NCBI RefSeq assembly: GCF_006345805.1 | Contig: NC_043002.1 | Location: 17,732,001 to 17,796,000 of the forward strand | From: Octopus sinensis | Lineage: Eukaryota | DNA: 64,000 nt | Reading direction: 5' to 3' | Shown here: piece after piece, positions 14,561-28,424 of the stretch | Layout of the letters: every line of letters begins with the position of its first letter | How positions within the stretch are numbered: the first letter of the stretch is position 1 | The notes under the pieces: model-generated | Databases searched by the model: none | The model's input: only the letters and a program-made list of their open reading frames with translations | Told to the model about the DNA's origin: nothing | Made by a program: the position numbers and the translations under genes

Positions 14561-15239
14561 AAGAGGTGGTATATATACTCTCTCTCACACACACATAGAA
14601 AAGTACAAGCAAAAACGGATGTCGATATTCAGACCTAAGATAGGCGATTTATAGATATAGCTAAAAGAAGACACAGGGAATATATTATCGAAAACAAATA
14701 TAGATGAATGTATATAATAACTCATATATTCACAAAATCGTGCCTTTTACGACTACCATTTCATAAATATACACACCACTAAATATTTCATATATCTGTA
14801 AACGAATAACAATGATAATGTTTTCTCACACACTCATACATTTGTGTACAAACAATTGTTTCTATTTAGCAACACAAATATTATAAATGTTGCTAGTGAA
14901 AAATAAGTTAAGAATATTCAACAAAATATTCACAAATGCTTTAGCCTAAGCGCTTGCTCAAATTGAAGTCTAGTTTTGATAGCCATAAGCGGGAGTACTT
15001 ACACATGTATAAGATATACAAGAAAAAAGAAAATAAATGTACGTGCAGCGTCATTCAATAAATATACATCAGAAATTGAATTTAGCTACCAACCTATCCT
15101 TCATGGATTTCTTTCTAATATATTTTGCTTTAACATATATATGATACTTAGAAACAGGTAGAGATGCAATATATATATATATAACGGGAAGCTTTATGAA
15201 AATAAACAAAAGACGAAGGCAGATGGAGTACAAACAAAC

Positions 15240-15390
15240 AAGTGTATTAGTATAGCGCTCAGGAATAGAAATAGAAAAAAGTCTTTTACGTTTCGAGCCT
15301 ACGCTCTTCAACAGAAAGATACACAGAAAAGAAACACGGAGAGAAACAAAGAGAGAAAAAATGCGTGCAGAAGCTAGCGATTCAACATGG
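15240..15390 (-). mobile_element. Penelope-like pseudo-LTR repeat (hammerhead family F1)
   Basis: Shares the hammerhead motif and a downstream CCTGAGCG..TAATAC segment with 34630-34800 and 60645-60815. Confidence 0.6.
15282..15319 (-). ncRNA. Minimal type I hammerhead ribozyme motif with variant core CUGUUGA
   Basis: Minus strand: TCTTT-CTGTTGA-A-GAGC gtag GCTC-GAAAC-GTA-AAAGA. Helix I 5 bp, helix II 4 bp, palindromic ACGT helix III, GUA cleavage triplet. Confidence 0.7.
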
Positions 15391-17221
15391 CGATTCTGGT
15401 ATATGTATATACCTATATACCTATATATAGGTATATGTATATACCTATATTTAGGTGTCTATATGTGTGTTTGAGTGTGTGTTTGTGTCTTTGCTTGTGT
15501 GTGTGTGCGTGTGTGTGTGTGCGTGTGTATGATTGCTTACAGGACTTTTAAGAATAAAAACTGAGTATTTACTCACGGTGTTATTATATACATACAGGAA
15601 TATGTGTGTGTATCAAGGCAAATGAAATCATGAACGCATTTATACATGTGTCTGAGAGGGAAAACGTAAAACATAAGCAAATTAAAAAATAAGCTCAATG
15701 AGGATATCAGAAGATTTAAGATTAAAGAACCTGTAAGTTGCTATGTTAATATACGCTAATCTATACAAATTTGTAATCAATATATGCGCATAGATTTGAT
15801 GTATGTGAATGTGCGAGGTAAATGATTGTAAAATGCAGAAACCTACGTGTACACTTGATGAATTTTTGTCCGGAGTGGTTTCGAAATGTGTATCTGGTGA
15901 TTGAAATTAATCTAAAACGTTACTAGTAACACTAATGTATGCTTAGGTAATGCATCTCGCATTCGGGAAAACATTCTTGACGAACCAATATTAATTCAGT
16001 GTAGAAGTATTGAATGTCTTGCAAACAACTTGCACATGCAAGTGCTACCAGTCAAAAACTCCGCATACCGGAAGCCAGCAAGTGTATGGGGTCATCAGGA
16101 GAGAATGTGCGCCGTTTCGGGGCCTATCTCTCGACGGCATCAATGCGCACCGTCCCCCCTTACTGATATGAGGCTCCGCTTGCTAGATCAACTGGTTATC
16201 AAGTAAAGCTCATTAGCCTTCTAGCCATCGCTCATCGTCTCTTTTTAACCAAGTCCACTGTAGATTGGATATCGGTCATGGTGGTATTGACTTTACTATG
16301 AGTGTGGCCTAGCGATAACAACAGTCGTCTCACACTGTGTCCAACGAAACCTCTACATCCGACTTCGATTGGAAAATGTTCCGCTTTCCAGCCTGCGTCT
16401 TCACAATCCTCAAGGAGGTTTAATTAAAATTACTTGTTAATTTAGTGCTACATGTCTTAAGTTTTCAAATATTGAATATAGTTCTATTGAATATAGTTCT
16501 TTCCTTGTACAGATTATATGTTGTCTCGTATCATGAAAACTTTATACGTGAAGTAAATAACAACTTAGCTATGGAAATAACTCATGATATTTTTTTTTTC
16601 TATTCAGTATTCTAGTATCCTATTTACTATACGTACATCACTAAAATATTTTGGAGAATCTTTACAACATTTTAACATGAATATTTAGTAGACTAGAGAG
16701 ATATATAGTCGTAATAATTATGTTCTTTAGTATGTTTGTATTATGTATGGACAAAGTGCGGAGTGTGGTGTAATTCATATATGTATTAATGTTTAAGCTT
16801 GTATATTGGCTATATATGTACATACATATACGATATGCACATACTTATTTATACGTATATAAATATTATTGCGTGTGGGTTGGTATGTATTTGTGTGAGC
16901 GTGTACTTTTATGTATGCTTCAAGTGTTATAATATATGCGTGTGTAACTATATTTCTACTTGAATTGCAAGTTCTTACTCTGCTTCCTAGCATTCCTGCT
17001 TTCGTTCATATTTCTGTCTCTCACTTCTTATTCGCTATTTTCCTGCCATACTCAGTCATATGTAATGTCTATATATTGTGGTTAATCCCTGCATACTTAA
17101 TTATTACACGTGCCAATTTCAAATATCCAGCATGTCCTTTAACTGTACTTATATATTATTTCTTCAATCATTAATCCAGTATATATTTACCTCTTAATAT
17201 ATATGTATGTATATATATATA

Positions 17222-17272
<51 letters not shown>

Positions 17273-17314
17273 ATATATATATTGGCTAAACTGGCAAAAT
17301 GATCATTCCGAAAT

Positions 17315-17358
<44 letters not shown>

Positions 17359-17649
17359 CATGTATGTATATATACACTGAAATGATGATAAGAGTTGAGA
17401 ATAGAATTTTCTACCATTGGTGATGAAAAGCATTTTGTCAAAATTCCTACCTATTAATTGCAAATTTGCGTTGTTAACATATGGTTTCTTCAGCTTGTTA
17501 AACTGATATATTCAGCTGCCTTTGTTCATCTAACTATCTGACAACAATAGAAATCCTTTCTTTCTTCTTAGCAGATGTTTCTCCAATCCGTACATCTCAA
17601 GGATACTTATATCATTTTTTCTTTTAAATAAATCAAATATATAGTACCA

Positions 17650-18560
17650 TAACAATTTGCAGTATCTATCACTGAAGAAGGTGACTCGGGAGTAGAAGCA
17701 TTTTTCTAAGAAGTATGCTATGACAAAATATACATGCATACAAATATAGTCATCATGGTATTCTCTACCGATGAAACATAAAGCTGTTGCTAGGGCACAC
17801 TATAATGAAATCCATCGGAAGAATATCACCGAGGATAAAGAAATAAGAATCCACTGTATGGTAGAAGCCATAACGACTCATAATAAAAAAAGAGTACTGG
17901 TGGAATGTTCCACTGAAGACCTCAAATAATGTAAATACAACAGACCTAATATAATGGTTTGGATAGAGAAGAGAAACTGTGTACAGTTGTGGAAATTAGC
18001 TGCCCAGCGGATGTTAACATAAGATCAGGAAAAAACAGAACACATATGCTAAATTACCGAGAAAGCTGCAGTTATTCTATCCAGATTACAAGTTAGGTTT
18101 ATACCTGTAATTATTGGGGCTCTGGGATATCTAACGCATTGCCTAAATACTAATCTTCAGAAATTAGACTTCTCAAAAGGAGAATGCTAATTCGAAGACT
18201 ACAGATCCAATCCATCACTGGAACTGTAAACATTTGTAAAACTTCCCAGAAGTTTATCATTTAAATATACATAAACATGCCTAGATATGCACTATATTCA
18301 TGAGAATACATACATGAGGCAAAACATATAAATCGGCACATATACATACATGCATACATACACACATACATACATACATGCATTATACATACATACACAA
18401 ATGCACACATACTCAAAGTCATACATATATGCATACGAAATATATTTGCATGAAAGCTTACATGCATGCATCACACTTTGAAAGTTATTTCCATTCCATT
18501 AAAGAACAAGAAAGTCACACTAAGTACTGAAAGCATAACAGGTAGAAAATATTGACAGAC
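17650..18560 (+). mobile_element. Decayed 3' fragment of R4/Dong-like non-LTR retrotransposon (second lineage)
   Basis: Broken-frame motifs YSLP.KHKAVARAHYNEI, EYWWNVP, NRPNIMVW, TVVEISCPADVN, FIPVIIGALG, followed by a 3' UTR with (ATAC)n. Confidence 0.75.
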
Positions 18561-19169
18561 AAGCAATTTAATGTGGCAATGTTAACCACATTATTGCTAA
18601 CTAAAAGAGAGAGTGTCTGCCATATAGTGTCTCCTCATAAGCCATGATGTAACTTCCAAGAACAATCTGGAACAGAATGAGACAACAGAAAATATCACTA
18701 AATAAAGGTAGCTACATTGAGGCCGGTGGAATAAAAGAATATCGTTGGCCCTTAAACGTTAAAAAATAATAACCCGTGAATTCAAAAACGAATGTCACAT
18801 ATTTTGAGGGTTCATAAGAGAAATGTATGATCTAGTGTGGAATTCAGCTGTATGATCTAGTGTGGAATTCACGCCATTGTGACCAAAAATATGAAGGAGA
18901 AATTGTGGTAAGTTGATACGCAGTGAGCAAATGCAAGATATACAATCCTATTCATACATTTTACAATTGGAGTAACAAGATATGCGCCGACTGGCCTGGG
19001 GCAAACTTGAATCCGTTGTGGGGGAATGCATTACTTCATTCATAGACAAGAAATGATTATGCTATCTGGAAAAAAAAGCAGGAGTATGTCAACATAGCTA
19101 CAAAAGTGGTTGGACGTTTAGATTTACTCTAACTTTAAACAGTAAAAAAAGGGAAAATATATATGCAAG

Positions 19170-19430
19170 AGTCAAGATTATTGAAAATTTTGCAAGACAC
19201 AACGAAAATTTTAGGAAAATAAAAAAAGAAATAAGTGGAAATTTTACCGGTGTGTGTGTTACATTATAAGGCACCAAAAGAAACTGAATCTCCCCAGACA
19301 CAACAGAATATGCTTCAACACACAAACTCATATAAAGAATCTTGCAAACAAAGTACAAAAACGAAATATATGCAAGAATATAGTTATGTATGCATGTCCA
19401 GATTGCGGTGGGGAGAATGTTCATATGTAT
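19170..19430 (+). repeat. Unclassified dispersed repeat, copy 1
   Basis: Collinear, in opposite orientation, with 26640-26850 (TTGCAAGAC, AAGTGG.AATTTTACCGGTG, TTATAAGG.AC.AAAAGAAA, CAGAATATGCTTCAACA). Confidence 0.75.
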
Positions 19431-19616
19431 ATGTATGATTCTATGCTTGTTTTACTGTAATCCAATTATTAGTTACTTATACATCAGTGAATGTGAGGAC
19501 ATACGTTTGTCAAATGATATTATTAACGACGGAAGGTGTTGACAGTGAATAATAGCAGTTTAACATCGGTCTGGCTAATTTGTTCAGACCGGGCTAATGA
19601 TACCCAAAACTGGAAA

Positions 19617-19617
<1 letters not shown>

Positions 19618-19671
<54 letters not shown>

Positions 19672-19703
19672 ATACCTATCTATTTATCTATCTATCTATC
19701 TAT
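19618..19703. repeat. (TATC)n microsatellite
   Basis: Direct reading of the tandem tetranucleotide. Confidence 0.95.
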
Positions 19704-19892
19704 CTTTATCTTTTATCTTTTATTTGTTTCAGTCATTTGACTGCAGCCATGCTGGAGCACCGCCTTTAGTCGAGCAAATCGACCCCAGGACTTATTCCTT
19801 GTAAGCCTAGTACTTATTCTATCGGTTACTCTTGCCGAACCGCTAAATTACGGGGACGTAAACACATCAGCATCGCTTGTCAAGCGATGTTG

Positions 19893-19896
<4 letters not shown>
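19704..19896 (-). mobile_element. SINE family C, 3' half
   Basis: GTTTCAGTCATTTGACTGCAGCCATGCTGGAGCACCGCC..AAATCGACCCCAGGACTTATT..GCCGAACCGCTAA matches 35801-35950. Confidence 0.85.
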
Positions 19897-19945
<49 letters not shown>

Positions 19946-20489
19946 TTTTTTTATGTGCGTGTGTGCGTCTGTATGTGTATGTATGTGTGAGTGTGTGCGT
20001 GCTCGCACGATATACGTATGATGTCATGCCAAATTTGAGATTATCTCCCGTTCTGGTATGAAGCTGTTATAAGATACCAATTATCAATTATTGAATTCTT
20101 CTAGGGTGAGTGACAGTTTAAATAGACGAAAATTTCATTTGTATGATGTATGACATGACTTTATTTCCTTGTTTTGGTGATATACATGCCACTCAGCTAT
20201 ATTAGAATGGCTTGTTTCTGTTTAATGTTCGTATTTTAGTGTTTTTGTACGATCGGGCGTGTATGCGTGTCAGTGTGTATGTGTACTTGTGTGTGTGTGC
20301 GTGTGTGCGGGTCTGTGCGTCTGTTTGTGAGTGCGTGATTACCACGTGATATAAATCGCCTGACAATATAATTATTCATAAAATTAAGTCCAGTTTCCGA
20401 ATAAACAAACACAGAGAGTAACATAACAATGTATAGACACGATCATATAGGAATACAGACATAAATACATACGTATATACGTCTGAACA

Positions 20490-20523
<34 letters not shown>

Positions 20524-21055
20524 AGCTTTTGTGTATGCACGTATGAAGATATATGTGTGTGTGTATGTATGAACGTATACATGTGTGTAGGTGCTTCGTG
20601 TGTATGTATACTAATGGAGGTTACTTATAAGAAGTTGCATAACTTTTTGCGTGTCTGTATATGATCATAAAAAAAAGAAAATAAACTCTCCCAGTGTTTA
20701 CACCAATTGATACAACTATTATAGATTCGAATTGACAATATAAAACATAAAGAGGTAATTTATATATTGAATGTTATTAGACTGCTGTTTTGCAATTGTA
20801 AGTCACTGAATAGGTTATTCTGATTGGACAAATTCTGTGTGTATATATGTGCAACTTAACAAACGCATAGACATATAGACGCGCAACCACATACAGCACA
20901 CATGCATTTAAACACACACACATATATAGATAGAAAGGTAGAAAGATACATAGACAGAGCTATCTATAGATTGATAGACGGACAGGCGTATGTATGTGGA
21001 TAGACGGGCGAACGCATGTTTGTATATATATGTATATACATATATATATATATGC

Positions 21056-21093
<38 letters not shown>

Positions 21094-21280
21094 ATACACA
21101 CACACACACATATATAAATGCATCAATATATATATATAGTGTATATACTTATATTACATTCTTCCAATATAAGCATGTAGTTGTTTCTATGTATGTCTTT
21201 GTGGACCAGACTATATATGCATATAATATGAATTAGCACATACATACATATCTGTATTTATATATATGCATATATATATA

Positions 21281-21334
<54 letters not shown>

Positions 21335-21675
21335 AAACATTGACGAGGAAGGTATGTTTGGAGACAAAATTTTAACCATGAACAAATTACAAAACAGAAC
21401 AACAATATCTGTAAAATATATTTACTTCCTGGCAGTATTTTCCATTAAAACGGAATATATAGATGAATTTGAATGAGACCAATTATGTTGAAAATACCGA
21501 GAATAAATAGTAAAATTTATTATGTTTATACAGACATATCGTATATTTTTCTTTTCTATTGCAGCTGCATTCGATGTGTGCTTGTTTCATTATAAGTAAA
21601 TCAAAAAGTAAACAAAATCAATATGTAAAAAACACAAAAATGGTTTATTCATTGTATCTTTGCATTTGACAACTA

Positions 21676-21713
<38 letters not shown>

Positions 21714-21844
21714 TTCGTATTGGAGTATATACATACATACACAAATATGTATGTGTAAGTGGGTTTGTGTGAGGTTATACATAAAATCTGTGTATATACA
21801 TATATATATATATAATATATATATATATGTATATATATGTATAT

Positions 21845-21892
<48 letters not shown>

Positions 21893-22133
21893 GTATATAA
21901 GTACATATACATGTATATGCTCAATGTATTTTCAATAAGTGATATTTGAAAATAAACAGGTTCGTTAATTAATTGCTTTAAACATTATACATACATACAT
22001 ACATACATACATACATACATGCACAAGCACACGCACACAACAAACACGCATATACACGCACACACATGGGCACATATACATCACAAATATACACAAAGTA
22101 TACAGATAGATAAATAGGTTGGTGGTTAAATAG

Positions 22134-22231
<98 letters not shown>

Positions 22232-22240
22232 TTAGATTGA
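22134..22240. repeat. (GATA)n microsatellite
   Basis: Direct reading of the tandem tetranucleotide. Confidence 0.95.
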
Positions 22241-22646
22241 TAGGAAGACAAACAGACAGATAGACATATGTAGATGCGTGTTGGAGTCGTTCGTAGGTGC
22301 CTGTGTGTAGACATAAATCTATATCTGTTTCAAATATGAATGTATTGCAACTGGTAACTAATCTATATTTATCAACATACATGCGTAGGCATCTATTTCT
22401 ACGAATTCATTCTTAATGACGTTACTGACTTTCCTTATTTGTGCCCTGAGAAAGCTATTCAGCCCCGTGTCAGGTCTACATTGTATGAAGCATAGGTGAC
22501 GGACAAAATTTGTAACTTAAGCGTGCTTCCAAATAGCAAAATCAGCACATGTCTCTGCTCCGTTGTTGCCACAATATTTTCAGTAGATTAAAGGATAAAA
22601 CAGGTGGGCATAAAGCGACATCTCTATGTTAATGGTTTATAGTAAT

Positions 22647-23035
22647 GGAAATGGAAGCACTCCGTCGGTTACGACGACGAGGGTTCCGGTTGATCCGAAT
22701 CAACGGAACAGCCTGCTCGTGAAATTAACGTGTAAGTGGCTGAGCACTCCACAGACACGTGTACCCTTAACGTAGTCCTCGGGGATATTCGGCGTGACAC
22801 AGAGAGTGACAAGCCGGCCCTTTGAAATACAGGTACAACAGAAACAGGAAGTAAGAGTGAGAGAAAGTTGTGGTGAAAGAGTACAGCAGGGATCACCACC
22901 ATCCCGTGCCGGAGCCTCGTGGAGCTTTAGGTGTTTTCGCTCAATAAACACTCACAACGCCCGGTCTGGGAATCGAAACCGAGATCCTATGACCGCGAGT
23001 CCGCTGCCCTAACCACTGGGCCATTGCGCCTCCAC
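22647..23035 (-). mobile_element. tRNA-derived SINE, family B, full length and young
   Basis: Minus-strand head GTGGAGGCGCAATGGCCCAGTGGTTAGGGC..GGTTTCGATTCCCAG (A and B boxes). 11-bp TSD TTTATAGTAAT at 22636-22646 and 23036-23046. Highly similar to 36447-36833. Confidence 0.92.
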
Positions 23036-23363
23036 TTTATAGTAATAAACACTTATACAATACCAGTATTGATATAGATAACCAGTAGCGACGTGAAAGA
23101 GCAAGATATACATCGGAAGCATGCTATGACAACAGCAGGCAGTCCCTCATTTCCGGTGGGTATTTTTACTATTCTTCTTGACCTCGATCATACATACACA
23201 CACATACACACAAAGAATATTTACGATTATATCTTTAGGAAGGACTGCTCTGATGTAGATATGAAAGGGATGTCAGGACCAGCAGGTATTCATACGTTTA
23301 AGAACGAGCAATAACACCGATCGGGTGCAAATGTAGCAAATATATGTTTCATAGTACAGTGAA

Positions 23364-23702
23364 GTGAAAGTGCATGGCTTAGTGGTTAGAGCGTCGAGCT
23401 TATGATCGTGAGGTTGTGAGTTTGATTCTCGGACCGGGCTGCATGTTGTGTTCTTGAGCAAGACACATTATTTCACGTTGCTCCAGTTCACTCAGCTGTA
23501 GAAATGCGTTGCGACATTACTGGTGCCAAGCTGTATCGGCCCCTTTGCCTTTCCTTTGGATTACATCAGTGGTGTGAATAGGGGAGGCTGGTATGCATGG
23601 AGCGACTGCTAGCCTCCCACAAACAATCTTCTCCTGATTTGTGCCTCGGAGGGTAACATTCTAGGTGCAATTCCATGGTCGTTCATGACCGAAGGGGGTC
23701 TT
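23364..23702 (+). mobile_element. tRNA-derived SINE, family D
   Basis: A box TGGCTTAGTGG, B-box-like GAGTTTGATTCT, then TGTGTTCTTGAGCAAGACAC and GCTCCAGTTCACTCAGCTGTA, typical of conserved SINE central domains. Confidence 0.8.
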
Positions 23703-24261
23703 CCAGTTCAGTGAACAAATGTCATGCGTTGTTGTACTGTTTAGCTGGCGGTTAGCTGCCCAGCAGATGTGAGTATACACTCAGATATCCAAGAAAAAGG
23801 GAACAACAATGGCTAATTAGCACTTGTACCTTGATTATAAATTCTCATTTATACCTATCATCATAGGTGCATTAGGTTATGTACCAACAAATTAACACAA
23901 AAGCGTTAATATATTCTCGGAAAAATAGCAAAACAAACTGACGCGGATTCTCCAAATCCAATCTATTTGAGGCGAAGTGAAATTTGTAAAACATTCAATA
24001 TTTTCTAATGTGAGATTCTTTTGTTCATGGATGCAGACACGTGGATGTACGCGTCGAAATTTCAGCCAACACGCTACATCACACATTCACAAACAGCGGG
24101 AACTCTTTTAACAAAACCAATTGTTGGTTTGTTAGCAACTGCTTTGATCTCTCTCAAGAACTTAAATTTAATTTTGAAAACATCATACATACATACATAC
24201 ACTCTTCTATCGGAAGACGAAGAATTCCATTTAACTGTGTAAAATATATTTCAATATGATT

Positions 24262-24290
24262 GAGAGATAGATAGATAGATAGATAGATAG

Positions 24291-24345
<55 letters not shown>

Positions 24346-24416
24346 CGGATATACGGAAAGACATTAAGAGAGAGGCAGAGACAGACAGGCAGTCAGAGAC
24401 ACAGTCAGTCAGACAC

Positions 24417-24447
<31 letters not shown>

Positions 24448-24448
24448 T

Positions 24449-24511
<63 letters not shown>

Positions 24512-24545
24512 CAGGGATACACATAGATAGATAGATAGTTAGTTA
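24262..24545. repeat. Compound (GATA)n/(GACA)n microsatellite
   Basis: Direct reading. Confidence 0.95.
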
Positions 24546-24791
24546 GATTGATGCAGATAAAGATACGTATATCAAAAACAGAGTGTTAGTAATATAAAGG
24601 GTATCCAAATCCCGTTTAAAGTTGCAATCAATAAAGTAACAATCGTAATCGCTTTTCAATAATCATTATCTTATTTTTAACCCATGCATAACTCTGCTTA
24701 TGCCATTTCCTATGTGTGTATGTTAATGCTGTACATCCATATATGTATATACACGCGCACACATACACACATACTTACATACATGCATAAT

Positions 24792-24831
<40 letters not shown>

Positions 24832-24908
24832 TTTTATTTACATATGTATGTGTTTGTGTGTAGTCCGAGTGTATGCGTGTATATATGCATATATATGTTT
24901 ATTTCTGA

Positions 24909-24970
<62 letters not shown>

Positions 24971-24979
24971 TATATATAC

Positions 24980-25048
<69 letters not shown>

Positions 25049-25091
25049 TTTATATATATATATTATATATATATATATATATATATGCATT

Positions 25092-25123
<32 letters not shown>

Positions 25124-25790
25124 ATATATATATATGCACATATTCATATATACATATATACACATAAACATATATATATATATGTATATACGTATGTATA
25201 TGCATTCCTGTATGCGTTTGGGGTACTTAGGCCTTTATGTGTATTTATGTGTGTGTATGCACCTACGTTTCTGTTATGTTCAGTTACATTTACTAAACTT
25301 ATGAGGTCATGGCGGATGTGAAAAAGCAATATTCCAATATAACAGTAAGAAAATATTTCACAATTTACCGATTAGATATATTTGATTAAATCAGGAAATC
25401 TATATATCATCTTCCAATGACACTGATAGATCAGTGAACATTTTCAGACTGTGGAGTCTGCTATCTGAAATCAGAATGATAACATTGAACGCACGTTACC
25501 TCATAACCTCATGATGGTTGACTTATTCTACTCATAGCCGCTATTGACGTACTTGAAAGGGCCAATGAATTATCAGCGTATAGACTAGACTTACGAATAT
25601 TATCAAATGAACACACACGCAAATGCACACAAATGTTATTGTGTTAATAATTTTATGGCGCTTTATGTATATATATATATGTGTGTGTCTGTGTGTGTGT
25701 AAAGATGTGTGTGTGTGGGAGTGCGTGTGAGTGCGCATGAGTGTGTACATATATAAATATATGATCAAGATATATATTTGTATGTATAAA

Positions 25791-25828
<38 letters not shown>

Positions 25829-25849
25829 TCATATATATATATATGTTTG

Positions 25850-25921
<72 letters not shown>

Positions 25922-26319
25922 GTGTGTGTGTGTGGATAGATACGGAATGAATATATATATATACCTGTATGCATTTGTGTGTTTATGTATCTATGTATGT
26001 CGATATGTACTTATATATGCATGATTGCGTTTGTGTGTATATGTGTGCATGTAAATATATATATACATAATTATATATCTATATGCATACACGCACACGC
26101 ACACACGCGCACACAAATACACACCACAACCTTTCCGATGCAAGTGCAAAATCGAGATGCAATCAAGATGAAGGAAGTAGAGCGAACAGATCTATTTGAA
26201 ATATTATATTACTCAGCCATTACTTCAAATTTATACGATAAAAAAAATATCTGTTCCATAACTGAACATCAAGTTTAATGGTCCTCTTTTCATGCTTTTG
26301 AGAAAAAATTACCCATGTG

Positions 26320-26850
26320 TTTATAGAGCTGCATGTGAGATAATATCCGCCGCAATACTCAAATGAATCTTTTTTTTTCTTATTTTAGTTTTGTTTTGTA
26401 TTTATTCCTCTATATTTTTTGGCGAAAAGTTTCAGCAATATTAACCGGAAGTAGAACTCAAGCCGTCCTTCTTTTACCTCTTTACATCTGTTTCTTCTCT
26501 AACTCATTGACTTTAGTTTTTACTCTGTATACACATACTAGTGCACGCCTATACGTGTATCTTCCACACACACACACACACACATACACAGACACACACA
26601 CACACATACACACACACACACACATATATATATACATATATATATACTTCGTTTTGGGATTTCGTTTGCAATATTCTTTATATTCTTTATGTGTGTTCGT
26701 ATGTTGAAGCATATTCTGGGGAGAATCATTTTCTTTTTGTACCTTATAATTTAACTCACTCACCGGTAAAATTGCCACTTGTTATTTTTATTTTCTCAAA
26801 ACATTCGTTGCGTCTTGCAACCTTTTCAATAGTCTTTAGCTGCAAACAAA
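26320..26850 (-). repeat. Unclassified dispersed repeat, copy 2, with internal (CA)n
   Basis: Reverse-complement match to 19170-19430. Confidence 0.7.
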
Positions 26851-26889
26851 TATTACTTACGTTAGAATTTGTCAACATCAAGTGTGAAA

Positions 26890-27400
26890 AAGAACATCCA
26901 TAATGCAGTGTCCGTTTTCTTTGATGTATTTCTGAAGGCCTTCTTGGATGTTGGCCCCCACTCTCTCCAGCATTCCTTCAAATCGTCGAACGTACGGGTC
27001 TTATGCGCATAACACGTGGCTTGAGGTCTCCCCACAACGAATAATCACGCATGGATAAATCAGGAATGTGAGCAAACCTGTAAGTGAGATGGTCATCAAA
27101 GAGAGGGCGAAGAATGACCTTTGAAGATCTGGCTGTGTGAGCCGTCGCCCTATTCTGCTGAAACCACACACGTGATAATTCAGGCACAAAGATGTTGTTT
27201 ATCCCCTTGATCTAACGCCCAGAGTTCACAGTAACAGCATTTCCAGTACTATCTTCAAAAGAGTAAGGAGAAATTACGGCAGCTTTTCCAACAGCACACC
27301 AGACCGCCACTTTGAGGCTGTGCAGATTTCCGTAAAGAGAACATCACAAGGGTCGAATTTCTACGCTTCAGTAGGTGAGATTTAAAGGAAAAATAAATAA
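26890..27400 (-). mobile_element. Tc1/mariner-superfamily transposase C-terminal fragment (DUF4817-HTH / rosa-like type)
   Basis: KVAVWCAVGKAAVISPYSFEDSTGNAVTVNS, VPELSRVWFQQNRATAHTARSS, PDLSMRDYSLWGDLKPRV, ENGH; broken frames. Confidence 0.8.
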
Positions 27401-28385
27401 AAAGACGTTCAAAATATACCTTGAATTTTCCTTACTTCTCATTATTTTATAGGTATTTGTATATTTAAAAAATTCTCTAAAGGACATATTGGCCAAGTTG
27501 TGTATGTATGTACATTCAAAAAAAAAAAAAAAATAAGGAGCTATACGTTATTTCAAATTCATATTTTAAAATTTCCTAATCCTCATCTATCATATCTACT
27601 ATGCTTTTAAGTAAATTGGAAGTTAGAACTACTAATTGAGATTGATTAATAGTTTATATATATATTTGTTTTTTATTTAAGTATTTCAGAAAAATCGATA
27701 ATCGATTGGCGATATAGGTAATATATGTTACATAGATTATCTAAAAACAGCTAGATAAATTTAAAAGAATGAAACTTACGAAGTACATACTAACACGTGT
27801 AAAGACGTATCTAAAGGGGATCAATTACGTGACTGTCGTAAATTGTAATAAAAGTAATACTAAGCTATACTTCGTATTGAAGAAATATTTTGAATTTTTA
27901 GATAAAAAATATTATTTCATCGATATATTTTGTTTACGGCGCAAATATTGTGATGTTTTTCCCAAATGCGAGAGCGAAAAAAACTAATGGTATGTATTTA
28001 TAAGAAATTCAGGGGAGAGAACTTAAAAAAAACATATTTTACTGGCTACATTTTTCTTATAAATACATATATATAGGTTTAACTGTGTTTATACAAAAAG
28101 AGGTGCATATTAAAAAGTACTGTCGAACACCAATATGTCAATTTCATGGACTAATAAAGAACTCAAGATATATATCCACACTGATGAAGAAAAAGCCACA
28201 TATATATATGTATATATAAATATATATACATATATATATATATATATACATATTGATACATAAATATACGTACACACATACATATATATAAGCATATGTG
28301 TATAGATATGCACGTACACATTCATTCAAATGGGTAATCCCGAAAGCTCACATATCTCTCTCTCCACACACACACACACACACAC

Positions 28386-28424
<39 letters not shown>

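Noticed and set aside
15577-15651. 75-nt minus-strand segment with a strong acceptor and a GTGAGT donor
   Set aside because: The only open frame gives a microsatellite-like peptide (HMYKCVH..THTY), and it is opposite to the other exon candidates.
18824-18871. 23-bp direct repeat TGTATGATCTAGTGTGGAATTCA, two copies
   Set aside because: A simple local slippage duplication with only two units and no spacer; not CRISPR.
22960-23035. tRNA-like sequences at SINE heads (also 23364, 32758, 36760, 52113)
   Set aside because: They have A and B boxes but no complete cloverleaf or acceptor stem, and they continue into SINE bodies with TSDs. Not tRNA genes.
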